A stretch of DNA of 64,000 nt from an uncultured delta proteobacterium (GTDB lineage: Bacteria; Desulfobacterota; Binatia; UBA9968). The position numbers were made by a program, and so were the translations under genes. Positions 19,551 through 31,068 of the stretch are shown here, in pieces. The stretch spans positions 107,879 through 171,878 of the forward strand of contig CAVTUQ010000034.1 in assembly GCA_963737905.1 (NCBI GenBank), read 5' to 3'. Every line of letters starts with the position of its first letter. Positions within the stretch are counted from its first letter, which is position 1. The notes beneath the pieces are model-generated. The model made no database searches, was not told the DNA's origin, and was given only the letters and a program-made list of their open reading frames with translations.

Positions 19551-21794
19551 CTAATGCTTGTCTCGAATCGCGTTGAATACCTTCTCCGCCGTGACCGGAA
19601 TTTCAAACAGCCGCACACCGCAGGCGTCGTGCACGGCGTTGGCAATCGCGGCCGGCGGGCTGACGTTGGCATGCTCGCCGATGCCTTTTGCCTCGTAGGG
19701 TCCGGGCCCGCCTTTGGACTGAACCAGGACCGTCTTGAATTTTGGGATGTCCGCGATGTTGGGGATCTTGTACTCGCCGAGACTTGTCGTCGTGATCTTG
19801 CCGTTGTCGGCGATTAACTCTTCCATCAGGCTGGAGCCGATGGCCATCATCGTAGCGCCGTCGATCTGGCCCTGGTGGCCAATGGGATTTATGATCGTGC
19901 CGACGTCGTGGGCCGAGACGAAGCGATGAAGCTTCACGTGGCCCGTCTCAGGATCCACCTCCACCTCCGCTACCTGGGCAACGTAGGAGGTTGAAGAACC
20001 TTTTCGTGGGACCTCCACTTCGACGCTTGCCGTGACCGGGCCGCCCGTGGCTGTGACGACTTCGCGCAAGGTCAAAGATTTGCGCGGGTTGTCGCGATGC
20101 GAGAATCGCGCCCCTTTATAGACAACGTGTTCTTCCGCGCATTGGAGCATCTGCGCGGCCTGCGCGATCAATTTAGTCCGCAGCTCGCCGCATGCTTTGA
20201 TCACCGCATGCCCGCCGATATTGGTCGAACGGCTGCCGCCGAAGCCTATATCGACGCTATAGGGGACCTCGGATGTGTTGCCGTTGCGGCAGCGCACATG
20301 ATCGTACGGCACATCCATCTCAGAGGCGACGGTCTGACACATGATTGTCCGGAGTCCCGTTCCCTGGTCACCGCTCACGGTGAAGATCGTAAAGGTTCCG
20401 TCGAGCTCTGCAGTTACGACGATCCAACCTTTGCCGGCGCCGGTGGCGCGCTCATACATGGCGACCCCTCGGCCGAAGTTCGGCCCCGGCTTGGGTTTCT
20501 TCCACCCTGCGGCATCGAGCGCTGCCTTGAGCGTTTCGCGGGCTTTGACGCCGATCATTTTTCTGCCCAACGCGTTCTCCTCGCCTTCGCCGATCAAGTT
20601 CTTCATGCGAAACTCCGCCGGATCCATACCCAGCTCTCGAGCGATGAGATCCATATGCGACTCCACAGCGAACATGCCCTGGAGCGCGCCGGGCGCGCGC
20701 CAGAATCCGCAGGGGACCGTGTTCGTGTAGACTTGGAGGGCTTCCATATAGGCATGGTCAATGCGATAGGGGCCGGCCGTGCCCGCGCCGCCGATGCTCG
20801 CCTGTCCGGGTTTCATTCCCGCATAGGCGCCGCTGCCATGAATGGCGCGCAGGTATCGGGCCACGAGACGACCGTCGCGCTTGATTCCCGTGCGTACCGT
20901 GATTACCGAATAGTGATCCGGATTGGTAAACGTAAGCTCTTCAGAATTGGTCGCCACGATGCGGACCGGCCGCTTGGCCTGCTTGGCGAGGAAATAGGCG
21001 ATGGGCAGATCTCCGGGGCCGCCCTTGCCACCGAAGTCTCCGCCGACGGTGACCGCGTGAACGCGAACATTGGCAGGAGCTAGGCCGATAGCTTTGGCTA
21101 ACTGAGTTCGGGTGGCGAAGGGACTCTTGCTGGATGACCATGCCAGCACCTGTCCATCGTCATCGATTTTGACGAGGAAGGCTTGGGGCTCGATGTAACC
21201 CTGATGGCGAAGCGGAATACGAAAAGTGTGTTCCAATACCAGATCGGCCTCGCGGAATCCCTGATCGATATCGCCCTTCTTCCAGATCACGCGGTTGCAG
21301 ACATTGGGGATATCCTTAACCATGATGTCTTTGGGTGCGCCGTCATAGGCTGAGGCATCATCGTGCAATATCGGCGCGCCCGGCTTCATTGCTTCCAGCG
21401 GATCGAAAACCGCCGGCAGCTCTTCGTATTCGACTTCGATAAGACCGATTGCTTCTTCAGCCGCCTCGAGAGTCTCGGCAGCGACCGCCGCGACTTTGTC
21501 GCCGATGTAGCGGACCTTGTCCCAGCAAAGGACGGGGATATCCCGGATGCTCTTGCCCACGTAGTGGTCGGGTTCGTCCTTGCCAGTAACGACTGCCTTG
21601 ACGCCCGTAATCTTCCGGGCTTTCGACGTATCGATATTGAGGATACGAGCGTGAGGGTAGGGACTACGTAGAATCTTCCCCCATAGAGCATCCGGAAAGG
21701 GAACGTCGGCCGCATATACGGCTTGGCCGCTCACCTTCTCGGCGCCTTCCACCCGGCCCACTCCTGCGCCTATGATTGATTGTGCTTTCGCCAT
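19551..21794 (-). CDS. Xanthine dehydrogenase-family molybdopterin-binding large subunit
   Basis: ILRSPYPHA, GYIEP, GGDFGGKG, WRAPG, GQIDG, AKGIGE. Confidence 0.93.
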   Translation of the reverse strand: MAKAQSIIGAGVGRVEGAEKVSGQAVYAADVPFPDALWGKILRSPYPHARILNIDTSKARKITGVKAVVTGKDEPDHYVGKSIRDIPVLCWDKVRYIGDKVAAVAAETLEAAEEAIGLIEVEYEELPAVFDPLEAMKPGAPILHDDASAYDGAPKDIMVKDIPNVCNRVIWKKGDIDQGFREADLVLEHTFRIPLRHQGYIEPQAFLVKIDDDGQVLAWSSSKSPFATRTQLAKAIGLAPANVRVHAVTVGGDFGGKGGPGDLPIAYFLAKQAKRPVRIVATNSEELTFTNPDHYSVITVRTGIKRDGRLVARYLRAIHGSGAYAGMKPGQASIGGAGTAGPYRIDHAYMEALQVYTNTVPCGFWRAPGALQGMFAVESHMDLIARELGMDPAEFRMKNLIGEGEENALGRKMIGVKARETLKAALDAAGWKKPKPGPNFGRGVAMYERATGAGKGWIVVTAELDGTFTIFTVSGDQGTGLRTIMCQTVASEMDVPYDHVRCRNGNTSEVPYSVDIGFGGSRSTNIGGHAVIKACGELRTKLIAQAAQMLQCAEEHVVYKGARFSHRDNPRKSLTLREVVTATGGPVTASVEVEVPRKGSSTSYVAQVAEVEVDPETGHVKLHRFVSAHDVGTIINPIGHQGQIDGATMMAIGSSLMEELIADNGKITTTSLGEYKIPNIADIPKFKTVLVQSKGGPGPYEAKGIGEHANVSPPAAIANAVHDACGVRLFEIPVTAEKVFNAIRDKH

Positions 21795-22009
21795 GCAAGA
21801 CTCTCCTTCGTTTACATGAAGTCAACCGCTGGCCCGGCCTTTGCGCAATTGTCGGCGGCACACGCGGGCTCGCTCAGAAACTCTAGCGGAATATATCGTC
21901 AATCACTCCCGCCAAGCAACAACAGTCACGCTTCTTTCAGTTTGGTTCGGCAAGCTCGAGTTGACTTACTTTCGCGGTCATTCGCGAAATTCAACGTTTG
22001 TCGGTAACC

Positions 22010-22765
22010 CGCGCTCAGGTGTCGTCGCCTACGCTGTCATGGCCGTAGTCATTCCCTACGGATCGATACTCCTCACTTCGCTTCTGAGGCTCGTTAGCGT
22101 CGGGCCGACGTTGAGCAATCTCACGTGGGAGCACTCGCTCTGATGTTGAGCGGCGATTCCACCCGCGTTGAGAGACGCGCTGATCGCGAGTCTGTCGCTG
22201 GCAGTGTTGGCTGCTGCATTGGGAACCATTGTGGGGGCGGGCTGTGCCCGTGTGGGGGGCGTGCTGGCGAGTCTGGCGTTAATCCCGGTGGCCACGCCGG
22301 CCATCACCATGGCCGTCGGCTTCATCCGGGGTTGGAATGCGCCCTGGAGCGCCTGGCTGCCACTCTACGGGAGCGCAATGATGGTCGGGTTTTTCTACAC
22401 CGCGCAGTTTTTGCCTTACGCGATTCAGTACGCGCGCGCCCGGGCTGGCCGCCATTCCATCTTCCTTCAGTAGGGGCCGCGCGTGCCCCACGGGGCGAGC
22501 GCGGGTAAAGCCGTGAGACGCATAGTCATGCCTCTATTGTGGCCCCACTGCCTGGGGGGAGCGATTTTGATCTTCTCGATCGCCTTTCGCGAACTGGTGG
22601 GCTCGGTCCTCTTGCGAACCCGGGCATGCAAACGGTATCCACGTTCATTTTGCGTGAGTTCGATCAGGGGAATCCACGAGGTCGGGGGGCATGGGCATGA
22701 TCGCCATTACAGCAGCTTTATTGTCCATCATCGTTGCGCGCCGATTGGTCGGGCGAAATCGATGA
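22010..22765 (+). pseudogene. 5'-truncated, frameshifted FbpB-type (iron/thiamine) ABC permease, C-terminal half
   Basis: PYGSILLTSL, IPVATPAITMAVG, EAA-like AARAHGAS...RRIVMPLL, FREL; no N-terminal half and no partner genes. Confidence 0.65.
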
Positions 22766-22795
22766 CCATAAGGTTTCTAGCTCGGTAGCGGCGAA

Positions 22796-23062
22796 CTACT
22801 TATCCTTGGTTGCTCCCGTAACCTTGTCAGTCGCGTCCTTGGCAACCTCCTCGACCTTGTTTGTAGCGTCTTTGGCCGCTTCCTTTACGGTGTCCGCGGC
22901 TTTGTCCAGCGCCTGGCCTGCTTTCTCCATGGCTTTGTCGACTTCTTTTCCAGCCCGCTCGGCCGTGCCCTCTCCTGCCTTTTTCTCGCATCCAGCCAGG
23001 CTGAATCCCAGCAGAATAGCGGTAGCCGTCAGACAGCTTTTTCTGTAGAAAGACATGATCAT
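22796..23062 (-). CDS. Small Ala/Lys/Asp-rich lipoprotein (stress-protein-like)
   Basis: Lipobox LAGC, AERAGKEVD, repeated AKDAT; GGGG RBS. Confidence 0.8.
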   Translation of the reverse strand: MIMSFYRKSCLTATAILLGFSLAGCEKKAGEGTAERAGKEVDKAMEKAGQALDKAADTVKEAAKDATNKVEEVAKDATDKVTGATKDK

Positions 23063-23104
23063 TCCCCCTTTATTTATTTAAGTTTCACTGTTAACGCTGA
23101 TTTA

Positions 23105-23131
23105 GATACGAAGCAAGTTTTTTAGCGCTCG
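23105..23131 (-). promoter_or_regulatory. Possible third ECF-type promoter (CGAGCGCT-N11-TTCGTATC)
   Basis: Resembles the 24833 site but with a spacer one base shorter; about 45 bp upstream of the lipoprotein. Confidence 0.35.
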
Positions 23132-23144
23132 TTCGTGGGGAAAC

Positions 23145-24003
23145 TCACAACAGCGGCCCGCGGGAGAAGGTGTCACATTGCTTCAAGTCGCCGCTCGTGA
23201 TCCCGCGGCGGAACCACTGCACCCGTTGCTGGGCGCTGCCGTGGGTAAAACCCTCCGGAACCACGTAGCCACGCGCACGCTTCTGCATCCGGTCGTCGCC
23301 GATCTGGGCCGCGGCGTTTAAGCCTTCTTCGATATCGCCCTGTTCCAAAATGTTACGCTCGCGGTGCGCGTAGTTGGCCCAGATGCCAGCCAGGCAATCC
23401 GCTTGCAACTCGAGCCGCACCGATAATGCATTGGCTTCGCGCTCACCGGAGCGGCTCTGCAGCGATTGCACTTTTCTCATGATGCCGAGAAGGTTCTGCA
23501 CATGATGGCCGATTCGTGCGCGATCACGTAGGCCTGGGCGAAATCGCCCGGCGCCTGGAAGCGCTGGCGCAAATCTCGGTAGAAAGCAAGGTCGATATAA
23601 ACTTTTTGATCTTCGCCGCAGTAAAACGGGCCTGCCGCCGCTTGAGCAAAGCCGCAGGCTGACTCCACCGCGTCCGAGAAAAGCACCAAAGTCGGTTTTC
23701 GATAAGTTTGCCCGGCGGTCTGGAAGATCTGGTCCCATGTCCGCTCGGTGCTGCCGAGCACCCGCGCGACGAACTGGCGCATCTCGTCATTTATGCTCGC
23801 CTGTTGCGACTGTGGGGCCGGAGCCTGAGGAACGTATGTTCTTGCACGTTGCCCTGCAGCAGCATCCTCGGATCGAAGCCGAAGAAGAGCGCAAGCAGGA
23901 TGATTATGAGGGTGCCAATACCGCCGCCCGCAACCCCGCGTGAGACCCGACGACCACGGCGGTCTTCGATATTCCGGCTTTCGTCTTCTTGATCGAGACG
24001 CAT
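23145..24003 (-). CDS. ypfJ: Neutral zinc metallopeptidase (YpfJ family); frameshifted
   Basis: SRNIEDRRG, ACG...GPFYC, AYVIAHE/IGHHVQ, ELQADCLAG, FTHGS. Confidence 0.88.
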
Positions 24004-24192
24004 AGCAGTTCCTCCTTTTAGTCTTAAAGGCTCTGTGGTCGCCCTGGATTCTTACAGGTGGATGATTGGTGTCAAGTTTATCTCCAAACCTCCAAAAGAA
24101 GCAAACCCGGCGTATTGCTGTAAGAGAGCATTGTTAGTAGAGTCGAATTTCAATCCGTCAGCACTATAGCCATCTAAAGGAGGACGATAGTC

Positions 24193-24672
24193 ATGGGACT
24201 CTTGGATGATTTGATTGGTAATGTTTTCGGTTCTGCATTGGGCGGCAACCAAAGACAAGACCCACTGGGGTCGGCCCTGGGCGGGCTTGCCGGCGGTAAC
24301 CAGGGACAGGGTGGGAACTTGTTGCTTCAGGTTGTCCTAGCGCTGTTGCAGCAGAACGGCGGATTGGAGGGAGTGCTCGGCAGGCTCCGTCAAGGCGGCC
24401 TGGGGCAACAAGCGGATTCGTGGGTCGGCACCGGTCAGAATATGAACATCTCTCCAGATCAGCTCCAGCAGGTATTCGGTTCGTCAACGATCAGAGATCT
24501 CGCCGCCCAACTTGGCATGCCGGAAGAGGAGACAGGTTCGACGATGGCCCGGTTACTGCCCGAAGTCATCAACCAGCTGACTCCCCAAGGGCAAGTGCCG
24601 GAGAATGGTGACGAGGAAATCGCCCAGGGACTGTCAATGCTGGCCAATCCCGAGCTGCTGCGCCGGGTATGA
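24193..24672 (+). CDS. YidB/DUF937 family protein
   Basis: GGLEGVL, SWVGTGQN, LLPEVINQLTPQG; GGAGG RBS. Confidence 0.88.
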   Translation: MGLLDDLIGNVFGSALGGNQRQDPLGSALGGLAGGNQGQGGNLLLQVVLALLQQNGGLEGVLGRLRQGGLGQQADSWVGTGQNMNISPDQLQQVFGSSTIRDLAAQLGMPEEETGSTMARLLPEVINQLTPQGQVPENGDEEIAQGLSMLANPELLRRV

Positions 24673-24832
24673 TTACGGAGCCACCGCCTCGGCTCTGTCT
24701 TGCTCCCTAAAATAACTTTTTCCCCTTCGCATTTATTTTTGGTGTTGGTGGTGTGAAGGGGCGCCTTTTACCGCCCTATTTTTCCCAATCTCTCCGTCCG
24801 GCAGGCCGTTTTGGCGAGACCGGAAAAGGGAG

Positions 24833-24860
24833 CGAGTACTTTTTCCCCCCCGTTCGTATC
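24833..24860 (+). promoter_or_regulatory. ECF sigma-type promoter (GAGTACTTT...TTCGTAT) upstream of the ECF gene
   Basis: Same ACT-to-CGTA spacing (17 nt) as the site at 26347. Confidence 0.55.
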
Positions 24861-24965
24861 AACTGTTAACAAAGCTTTTGTTTGAAGAGCTTTTTCTGCC
24901 GCGCCGGATGGTTGTATGATGATTAAGTCGTTTAATTACAGCCTCAATTGTGAAGACACGAAGAC

Positions 24966-25520
24966 ATGCCGGCGGCTTGGCCTGAGAAGGATGATCATGA
25001 GCTGCTTGCCCTCATTCAGGACGGCAGCCACCCGGCTTTCGCCGAGCTTGTCCAGCGGCATACCGAGCGCTTTTACCGGCTGGCCTATCGCTATGTACAA
25101 AATCGGGAAACAGCGGAGGACATCGTCCAGGATGCCTTTCTCAGGTTATGGGAAAATCCGGCAATTTGGCAGCCGGAGCGGAAAAGCAAGTTTACCACCT
25201 GGTTCTATCGCATCGTGGTGAATCTATGCCTCGATTGGCAAAAGAAGAAACGACCCATACCGCTGGACGAAGACATGCCATTGGTGGACGAGCGAGAAAC
25301 AGCGGATGAAGCCATGATCCGAATCCAGGAACAGGAGCTGCTGGAAAGAGAGATCGCCGCGCTTCCCGAGCGGCAGCGGACGGCCTTGAATCTTTGTTTT
25401 GCTGAGGGATTGAGCAATCAGGAAGCGGCGGAAGCCATGGGGGTGAATCTCAAAGCGCTGCAGTCGCTGATCATGCGCGCGAAGATCACACTGAAAGAAC
25501 GCATGAAGGCCTACTTATGA
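24966..25520 (+). CDS. ECF sigma factor (sigma-70 group 4)
   Basis: AEDIVQDAFLRLW, FTTWFYRIVVNLCLD, LPERQR, GLSNQEAA. Confidence 0.95.
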   Translation: MPAAWPEKDDHELLALIQDGSHPAFAELVQRHTERFYRLAYRYVQNRETAEDIVQDAFLRLWENPAIWQPERKSKFTTWFYRIVVNLCLDWQKKKRPIPLDEDMPLVDERETADEAMIRIQEQELLEREIAALPERQRTALNLCFAEGLSNQEAAEAMGVNLKALQSLIMRAKITLKERMKAYL

Positions 25521-25529
25521 GGACATTGT

Positions 25530-25845
25530 ATGAGCGATAGACAAGACGAGAAACTTGATGCGATGCTCCGTGCTCGCCGGGTCGAACCCGCCAGTCCGGA
25601 TCTGGCGCAGCGCATTATCTTAAAGGCGCAAAGCTTGCCGCAAAATCAGACAATCCCGCTATGGCAGTGGATGCGGCAGTTGTTCGCCGAGTTCCATCTG
25701 CCGCGCCCGGCCTATGTATTCGACCTGCACGTTGATCTTCGGATTCGTCGTCGGTTTCAACACGCCGCTGAACACGACGCCTGCGGATGATTTAGATGCG
25801 GACCAGGTTCAAGGGTTTTTGTATGCGGACGAGGAGATGTTATGA
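25530..25845 (+). CDS. Putative membrane anti-sigma factor; frameshifted
   Basis: Directly after the sigma factor; DLAQRII then a hydrophobic segment (LIFGFVVGF) in a shifted frame. Confidence 0.6.
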
Positions 25846-26264
25846 ATCAGGAATTGAAATGGATCATCCTGGTGTCCATTCTCCTGAACGTCCTTTTGGT
25901 AGGTATTCTTTTCGGCCAGTTGCCGCGCCGGATGGATAGGGAGCTTACCGCCAACAAAGCATGGAGCAAGCCGTCGAGAAATTGCCAGAATCCGTCGGGA
26001 ACCGTTTCGGCAAAAACTGGAGCACATGCGCGCCGCGGCCGAGCCCATTCGCAATCAAATTAGAGAAGCGCGGGACGAGACCATCCGGATAGTGATTGCC
26101 GAACCCTTCGATGAAGCCGCTTTTGACCGACAGGTGATAAAAATCAATGATCTGCGGATGCAGATGACCGCTATCTAAAGGAAACCGCGAAAAACCTGCC
26201 GCCGGATCAGCGGCGCGCTCTTGGAGAAACCATGAAGCGGCCTTCGGGGACCGCCTCGCGCTAA
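25842..26264 (+). CDS. Periplasmic heavy-metal sensor/ZraP-Spy-like protein; frameshifted
   Basis: ILVSILLNVLLVG, then helical REARDETIRIVIAEPFDEAAF...LPPDQRRAL in shifted frames. Confidence 0.65.
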
Positions 26265-26299
26265 GCTGCAAACTGAGTCAAAAGCTATCTCTTCGAAGG

Positions 26300-26326
26300 A
26301 GCGCCGGTCTTACCGGCGCTTTTTTT
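26300..26326 (+). terminator. Rho-independent terminator
   Basis: AGCGCCGGT-CTT-ACCGGCGCT followed by a T-tract. Confidence 0.85.
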
Positions 26327-26346
26327 GTTTGGGGCTTTTCGGCTGC

Positions 26347-26372
26347 GGAGACTTTCGCCCCTTCATTCGTAT
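26347..26372 (+). promoter_or_regulatory. ECF sigma-type promoter (GGAGACTTT...TTCGTAT) upstream of macA
   Basis: Matches the site upstream of the sigma gene; lies just after the terminator. Confidence 0.55.
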
Positions 26373-26407
26373 TAAACCGTAAGGACTAAGGGGGAAGGTA
26401 AACCGCT

Positions 26408-27616
26408 ATGAAAGGCACGTCAGCCTACCAAAAATACGACGGAATAAGGTCATCGGTCTTTTGGCTGTGGCGGGTTTTGTCGCGGGAGGTTGTTTTTGGT
26501 ACGCGGCGGCGCAAAAACCGCAGAGCGACTCATTTCGCCCAATCTCTGTTACTCAGGGAACTATAGAGGAGGTCGTTACCGCGCAAGGTAAGCTGGAAGC
26601 GAAGCAATACGTCGACGTCGGCACCCAGGTATCGGGGCAAGTCAAGAAGATCCATGTCGATATCGGTGATGCGGTGACAAAAGGCGAATTGCTTGCCGAG
26701 ATCGACCCGCGTGTCTATCAGGCGCAGGTGGAGGCCAACGAAGCGCGCATCAATAGTCTCAAAGCGCAGCTCAATCAACAGAAAGCGGAGCTGACACTGG
26801 CCGAACAGAACCTGAAGCGCAATCAGAATCTGATCGCCATCAATGCCGTCAGCCAGCAGGCATTGCAGGAAAGCGAATCGCAGGCGGCCGTGGCAAAAGC
26901 TCAGGTCGAGTCCATCGCGGCGCAGATTCAAGAGACCGAATCCAATCTCCGAGGCAACCGAACCAATCTTGGGTTTACCAAAATCTATGCGCCGATGGCC
27001 GGCACTGTTACGACGATGCCTGCCCGCGAAGGACAGACTCTGAATGCCAATCAGACGACGCCCACCGTCCTTCAGGTGGCCAATCTCGATATCATGACCG
27101 TCGCGCGCAAATGTTGCCGAAGCAGACGTCAGTCGTCTCAAAGAGGGTATGGCGGTTTATTTTACGACTCTGGGCAATACGGAGCGCCGGTGGCAGGGCA
27201 AAGTGCGTCAGATCTTGCCTTCGCCGCAGATCGTCAACGACGTGGTGCTCTACGATGTCTTGATCGATGTGAAGAACGAAGGCCGCCAACTCATGACCGG
27301 GATGACGGCGCAGGTGTTTTTCATCTTCGGTAAGGCGGAAAATGCCACGATTATTCCAGCCGAGGCTCTCACTCGCCCAGTGCCGAAAGAAGATAGCGAA
27401 TTGGGTAAGGCCTACCGCGTCGCGGTCATGACCGAAACCGGCCGCGAGCAGCGGGTCATTCACGTCGGCCTGCAAACGCGCACCCAGGCAGAGGTAAAGG
27501 GCGGGCTCAAGGCCGGAGATCGAATCTTGGTCAATCGTCCGGCCGGGTCTGCCACTGCGCAAACCAACACCCCGCGCACCAACGCGCCACGCTTCAACCG
27601 GGGGCCGCAGCTGTGA
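26408..27616 (+). CDS. macA: MacA-family efflux periplasmic adaptor; frameshifted
   Basis: VDVGTQVSGQV, GELLAEIDP, IYAPMAGTV, GQTLNANQTTP, LMTGMTAQV. Confidence 0.88.
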
Positions 27617-29553
27617 AAACACCCATTCTCGAACTGAGCGACATCCATAAACACTACGCCAACGGCGATACGACGGTGCGCGCGCTCGACGGCGTGTCGC
27701 TGACGATTCACCGCGGCGAATTCGTCGCCATCATGGGACAGTCCGGCTCCGGCAAGTCGACGTTGATGAATATCATCGGTTGCCTCGACCGCCCGACTTC
27801 CGGCAGCTACCTGGTCTTGGGCAAGGAAGCGGCGCATCTTTCTCCCGACGAGCTCGCCGCGCTCAGGCGTGAAACTTTCGGTTTTGTCTTTCAGCGCTAC
27901 AATCTTTTGGCCACCGCCACAGCGGGAGAGAACGTCGAGATTCCGTCGGTTTATGCCGGCCTCCCTAAACAGAAGCGGGCGCAGCGCGCCGGCGGACTGT
28001 TACAGCGTCTTGGGCTCGGCGATCGCACCGATCATCGGCCCGCCGAACTTTCCGGCGGCCAGCAACAGCGGGTGGCGATCGCGCGCGCGTTGGTGAACGA
28101 TCCGCCGGTGATTCTCGCCGACGAGCCCACCGGGGCCCTCGATAGCAAGAGCGGCGAGGAGGTCTTGGCGCTGCTCAAAGAGTTGCACGCCGAAGGGCGC
28201 ACGATCATTCTTATCACTCACGCCGAAAACGTGGCGCAACATGCGAGCCGCATCGTGCGCATCCAGGACGGCCGGATCTTCGAAGATAGCGGCGTCGACG
28301 AGAAGTCTGCGACTGGGACGGCGGTTGATGAGAATAGAAATTACGTGAGCGGCGTCAGCTTTGCCGCCAGCCTGCAGGAGGCGCTGGTCACCGCCTGGCG
28401 CTCGCTGCACGTCAATCTTTTTCGCACGGTGCTGACCCTGCTGGGTATCATCATCGGCGTTGCCGCGGTGGTCGCCATGCTGGCGGTGGGCGAGGGAAGC
28501 CGGCAGAAGGTGATCGATCGGATCAGCGCCTTCGGCACCAATTTGATGCTGATACGGCCCGGAGCGGCCGGCATCCGCAACACCGGGGACATCGTGACCT
28601 TGGTTCCCGAGGATGCCGCGGCGATTAAAGCTCTGCCCAATATCGAGACCGCTTTGCCCGAGCGCAGCAGCCGCATGACCGTGCGCTACGGCAACATCGA
28701 CTATCAAACATCGGTGCAGGGAACCGGCGAGGATTTTCCAACGGCCCGGGACTGGAAAGTCGCCGAGGGACAGTTTTTCCATGCCGACGACATAAAGAGT
28801 TATGCGCCCGTGGTCGTCCTCGGCCGCACCGTAGCCCAAACGCTCTTTCCCAACGGCGGCAGCTCGGTGGGTAAGTATGTTCTGCTCCGAAACGTGCCGT
28901 TTCTCGTGATCGGGGTCATGACCGAAAAAGGCGCGTCGCCCAACGGCAGTGACCAGGACGATGTGATCTTCGTGCCCATCAACACCGGGCTGGTGCGTTT
29001 ATTCGGCAAAAGTTATCTGAGCAGCATTACCGTAAAAGTAGCCGATGCATCGGACATCGAAGCGACCCAGGCACGAGTGGAAGCATTGCTCAAAACCCGT
29101 CATCGGACCGAAGATTTCAGCGTCCGCAACATGGCCTCGATTCTCCAGGCAGCCATGGAAACCCAGGATACGTTCACGTTGCTTTTGGGCACCGTGGCGG
29201 CGATTTCTCTTTTGGTCGGCGGCATCGGCGTCATGAACATCATGCTGGTGAGCGTCGTGGAGCGCACCCGGGAGATCGGCATCCGCATGGCCACGGGCGC
29301 GCGCATGCGTGACATTCTGCTGCAATTCAATATCGAAGCGGCTGTGGTCTGCGCCGCCGGCGGCGTTCTCGGCATTCTTCTCGGCGTCATCGCGGGAATG
29401 GTGCTGCGCTACAGCGGCATGACGGTGATTTTCTCCGTGACGCCGGCTGTGCTGGCTTTCGTCTGCGCTTCCGCCACGGGACTGATCTTCGGTTATCTGC
29501 CGGCGCGCAAGGCGGCGCAGCTGGATCCGGTCGTGGCTTTGGCTTCGGAGTGA
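27613..29553 (+). CDS. macB: MacB ABC ATPase-permease fusion
   Basis: [17 protein letters not shown], FtsX-type permease [21 protein letters not shown]. Confidence 0.95.
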   Translation: MKTPILELSDIHKHYANGDTTVRALDGVSLTIHRGEFVAIMGQSGSGKSTLMNIIGCLDRPTSGSYLVLGKEAAHLSPDELAALRRETFGFVFQRYNLLATATAGENVEIPSVYAGLPKQKRAQRAGGLLQRLGLGDRTDHRPAELSGGQQQRVAIARALVNDPPVILADEPTGALDSKSGEEVLALLKELHAEGRTIILITHAENVAQHASRIVRIQDGRIFEDSGVDEKSATGTAVDENRNYVSGVSFAASLQEALVTAWRSLHVNLFRTVLTLLGIIIGVAAVVAMLAVGEGSRQKVIDRISAFGTNLMLIRPGAAGIRNTGDIVTLVPEDAAAIKALPNIETALPERSSRMTVRYGNIDYQTSVQGTGEDFPTARDWKVAEGQFFHADDIKSYAPVVVLGRTVAQTLFPNGGSSVGKYVLLRNVPFLVIGVMTEKGASPNGSDQDDVIFVPINTGLVRLFGKSYLSSITVKVADASDIEATQARVEALLKTRHRTEDFSVRNMASILQAAMETQDTFTLLLGTVAAISLLVGGIGVMNIMLVSVVERTREIGIRMATGARMRDILLQFNIEAAVVCAAGGVLGILLGVIAGMVLRYSGMTVIFSVTPAVLAFVCASATGLIFGYLPARKAAQLDPVVALASE

Positions 29554-29560
29554 GGTGATC

Positions 29561-30909
29561 ATGCGTAAATATTTTCTCAACCGCATGCTCTTTTTCTCAT
29601 TGGTATTGTCGGCCTGCAGCCTGGCGCCGGAATTTCAGCGGCCGCAAATGGCGATGCCCGAAGGTTGGAGCGACGTTGCCGGAGTCGGCATCAAATCAGA
29701 CGAGAGTACGCGGCCGTTTTGGCAGGAAATGGGAAGTGAAGAGTTGAATCGAGTCATCGAAGTGGCGCTGGCGCAGAATCTCGATCTCGAAGCGGCTTTG
29801 CATCGCATCGAGCAGGCCCGCGCCCAGGCAAAAGTCGCCGGATCGGCGCTGTATCCCTCAATGGATGCGAGCGCTGGCGCATCGCGGAATTACCAGGATC
29901 TGGGTAATACCACGGCGGCGCGCGGCCTCGGCAGCATCAGTTACGAAGTCGATCTGTGGGGCAAGAACCGCAATCAATTGGCCGCGGCGAACTACCGCGC
30001 GGACGCGACCCAATACGATCGCGATGCTTTGCAGCTCATCGTGGCCGCCGATACCGCTACCTTCTATACCCAGGTTCTTAGTCTCGACGAGCGCATTCGC
30101 ATCGCCCAAGACAATTTAAAAAATGCCGAGGAAGTGCTGCGCATTACCGAAGCGCGCTTTCGCGAGGGCAGCATCTCGGGACTCGAAGTGTCGCAGCAGA
30201 GAGTAGCGGTTAACAATATCCGGGCCGCATTGGCGTCGCTTACGGAACAGCGAAGCACGAATTTGAATGCGCTCGCTATCTTGCTTGGCCAAGCGCCGCA
30301 GAATTTGCCGACCGCCCCAAAGTGGATTTTTCTTCTTTGCAAATGCCGGAAGTCAACCTGACGCCGCCCGCCTCTCTGCTGACGGCGCGGCCCGACATTG
30401 AGAGCGTCGAAGCCAGCCTGCGTGCCGCCAATGCCGACATCGGTATTGCGCGGGCGGCTTTCTTTCCCTCGCTCACATTGGGCGCCGGCGCCAGCATCGC
30501 GGCGGGATTCGGCAATCCGGCGGCCGCGGCGACCTCCCTTGCGGCGAATATTTTGACGCCGATCTTTACCGGCGGCAGGCTTACCGGGAATCTGGAAGAC
30601 GTTACCGCGAGACAGAAAGAACTGGCGGCGCAGTATCAGAAAACCGTGCTGACCGCGTTTCAGGAAGTGGAAGACGCGCTCGCCGCGCTCAAAAGTAACA
30701 ATGAGCAAGCGGTGCTATCGACTGAATCGGTAAAGGAATCGCAGAATGCCTACGACATCGCCAAGGCGCGTTTCGACGCCGGCGCCGTGGACTATCTTAA
30801 CTTGCTTGAAACGCAGCGAAGTCTCTACCAGGCCGAGGACAATGAGATCTCAATTATGCAAGGACAGCTCGCATCTTTCATCCAGCTGCGCAAAGCGCTG
30901 GGGGCATGA
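29561..30909 (+). CDS. NodT/OprM-family outer membrane efflux lipoprotein; one frameshift near 30320
   Basis: Lipobox [34 protein letters not shown]. Confidence 0.9.
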
Positions 30910-31068
30910 AACTACTTGAGGAGTACTGGGCGAAACAGGGGAATTTTTTTCGCTTGATCGGCAGTCCTGGCTGGGTATGATCGAGTGCCTGGATTTGGCT
31001 TTTCTCGTCGACGCACAAGACCAGACCCTTGTCTGGAGGGTTGAGATAAAGCGAAGCGATTGGGTTAG

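Noticed and set aside
19551-21794. Aerobic CO dehydrogenase CoxL
   Set aside because: Lacks the AYRCSFR (form I) and AYRGAGR (form II) motifs and has no coxM/coxS
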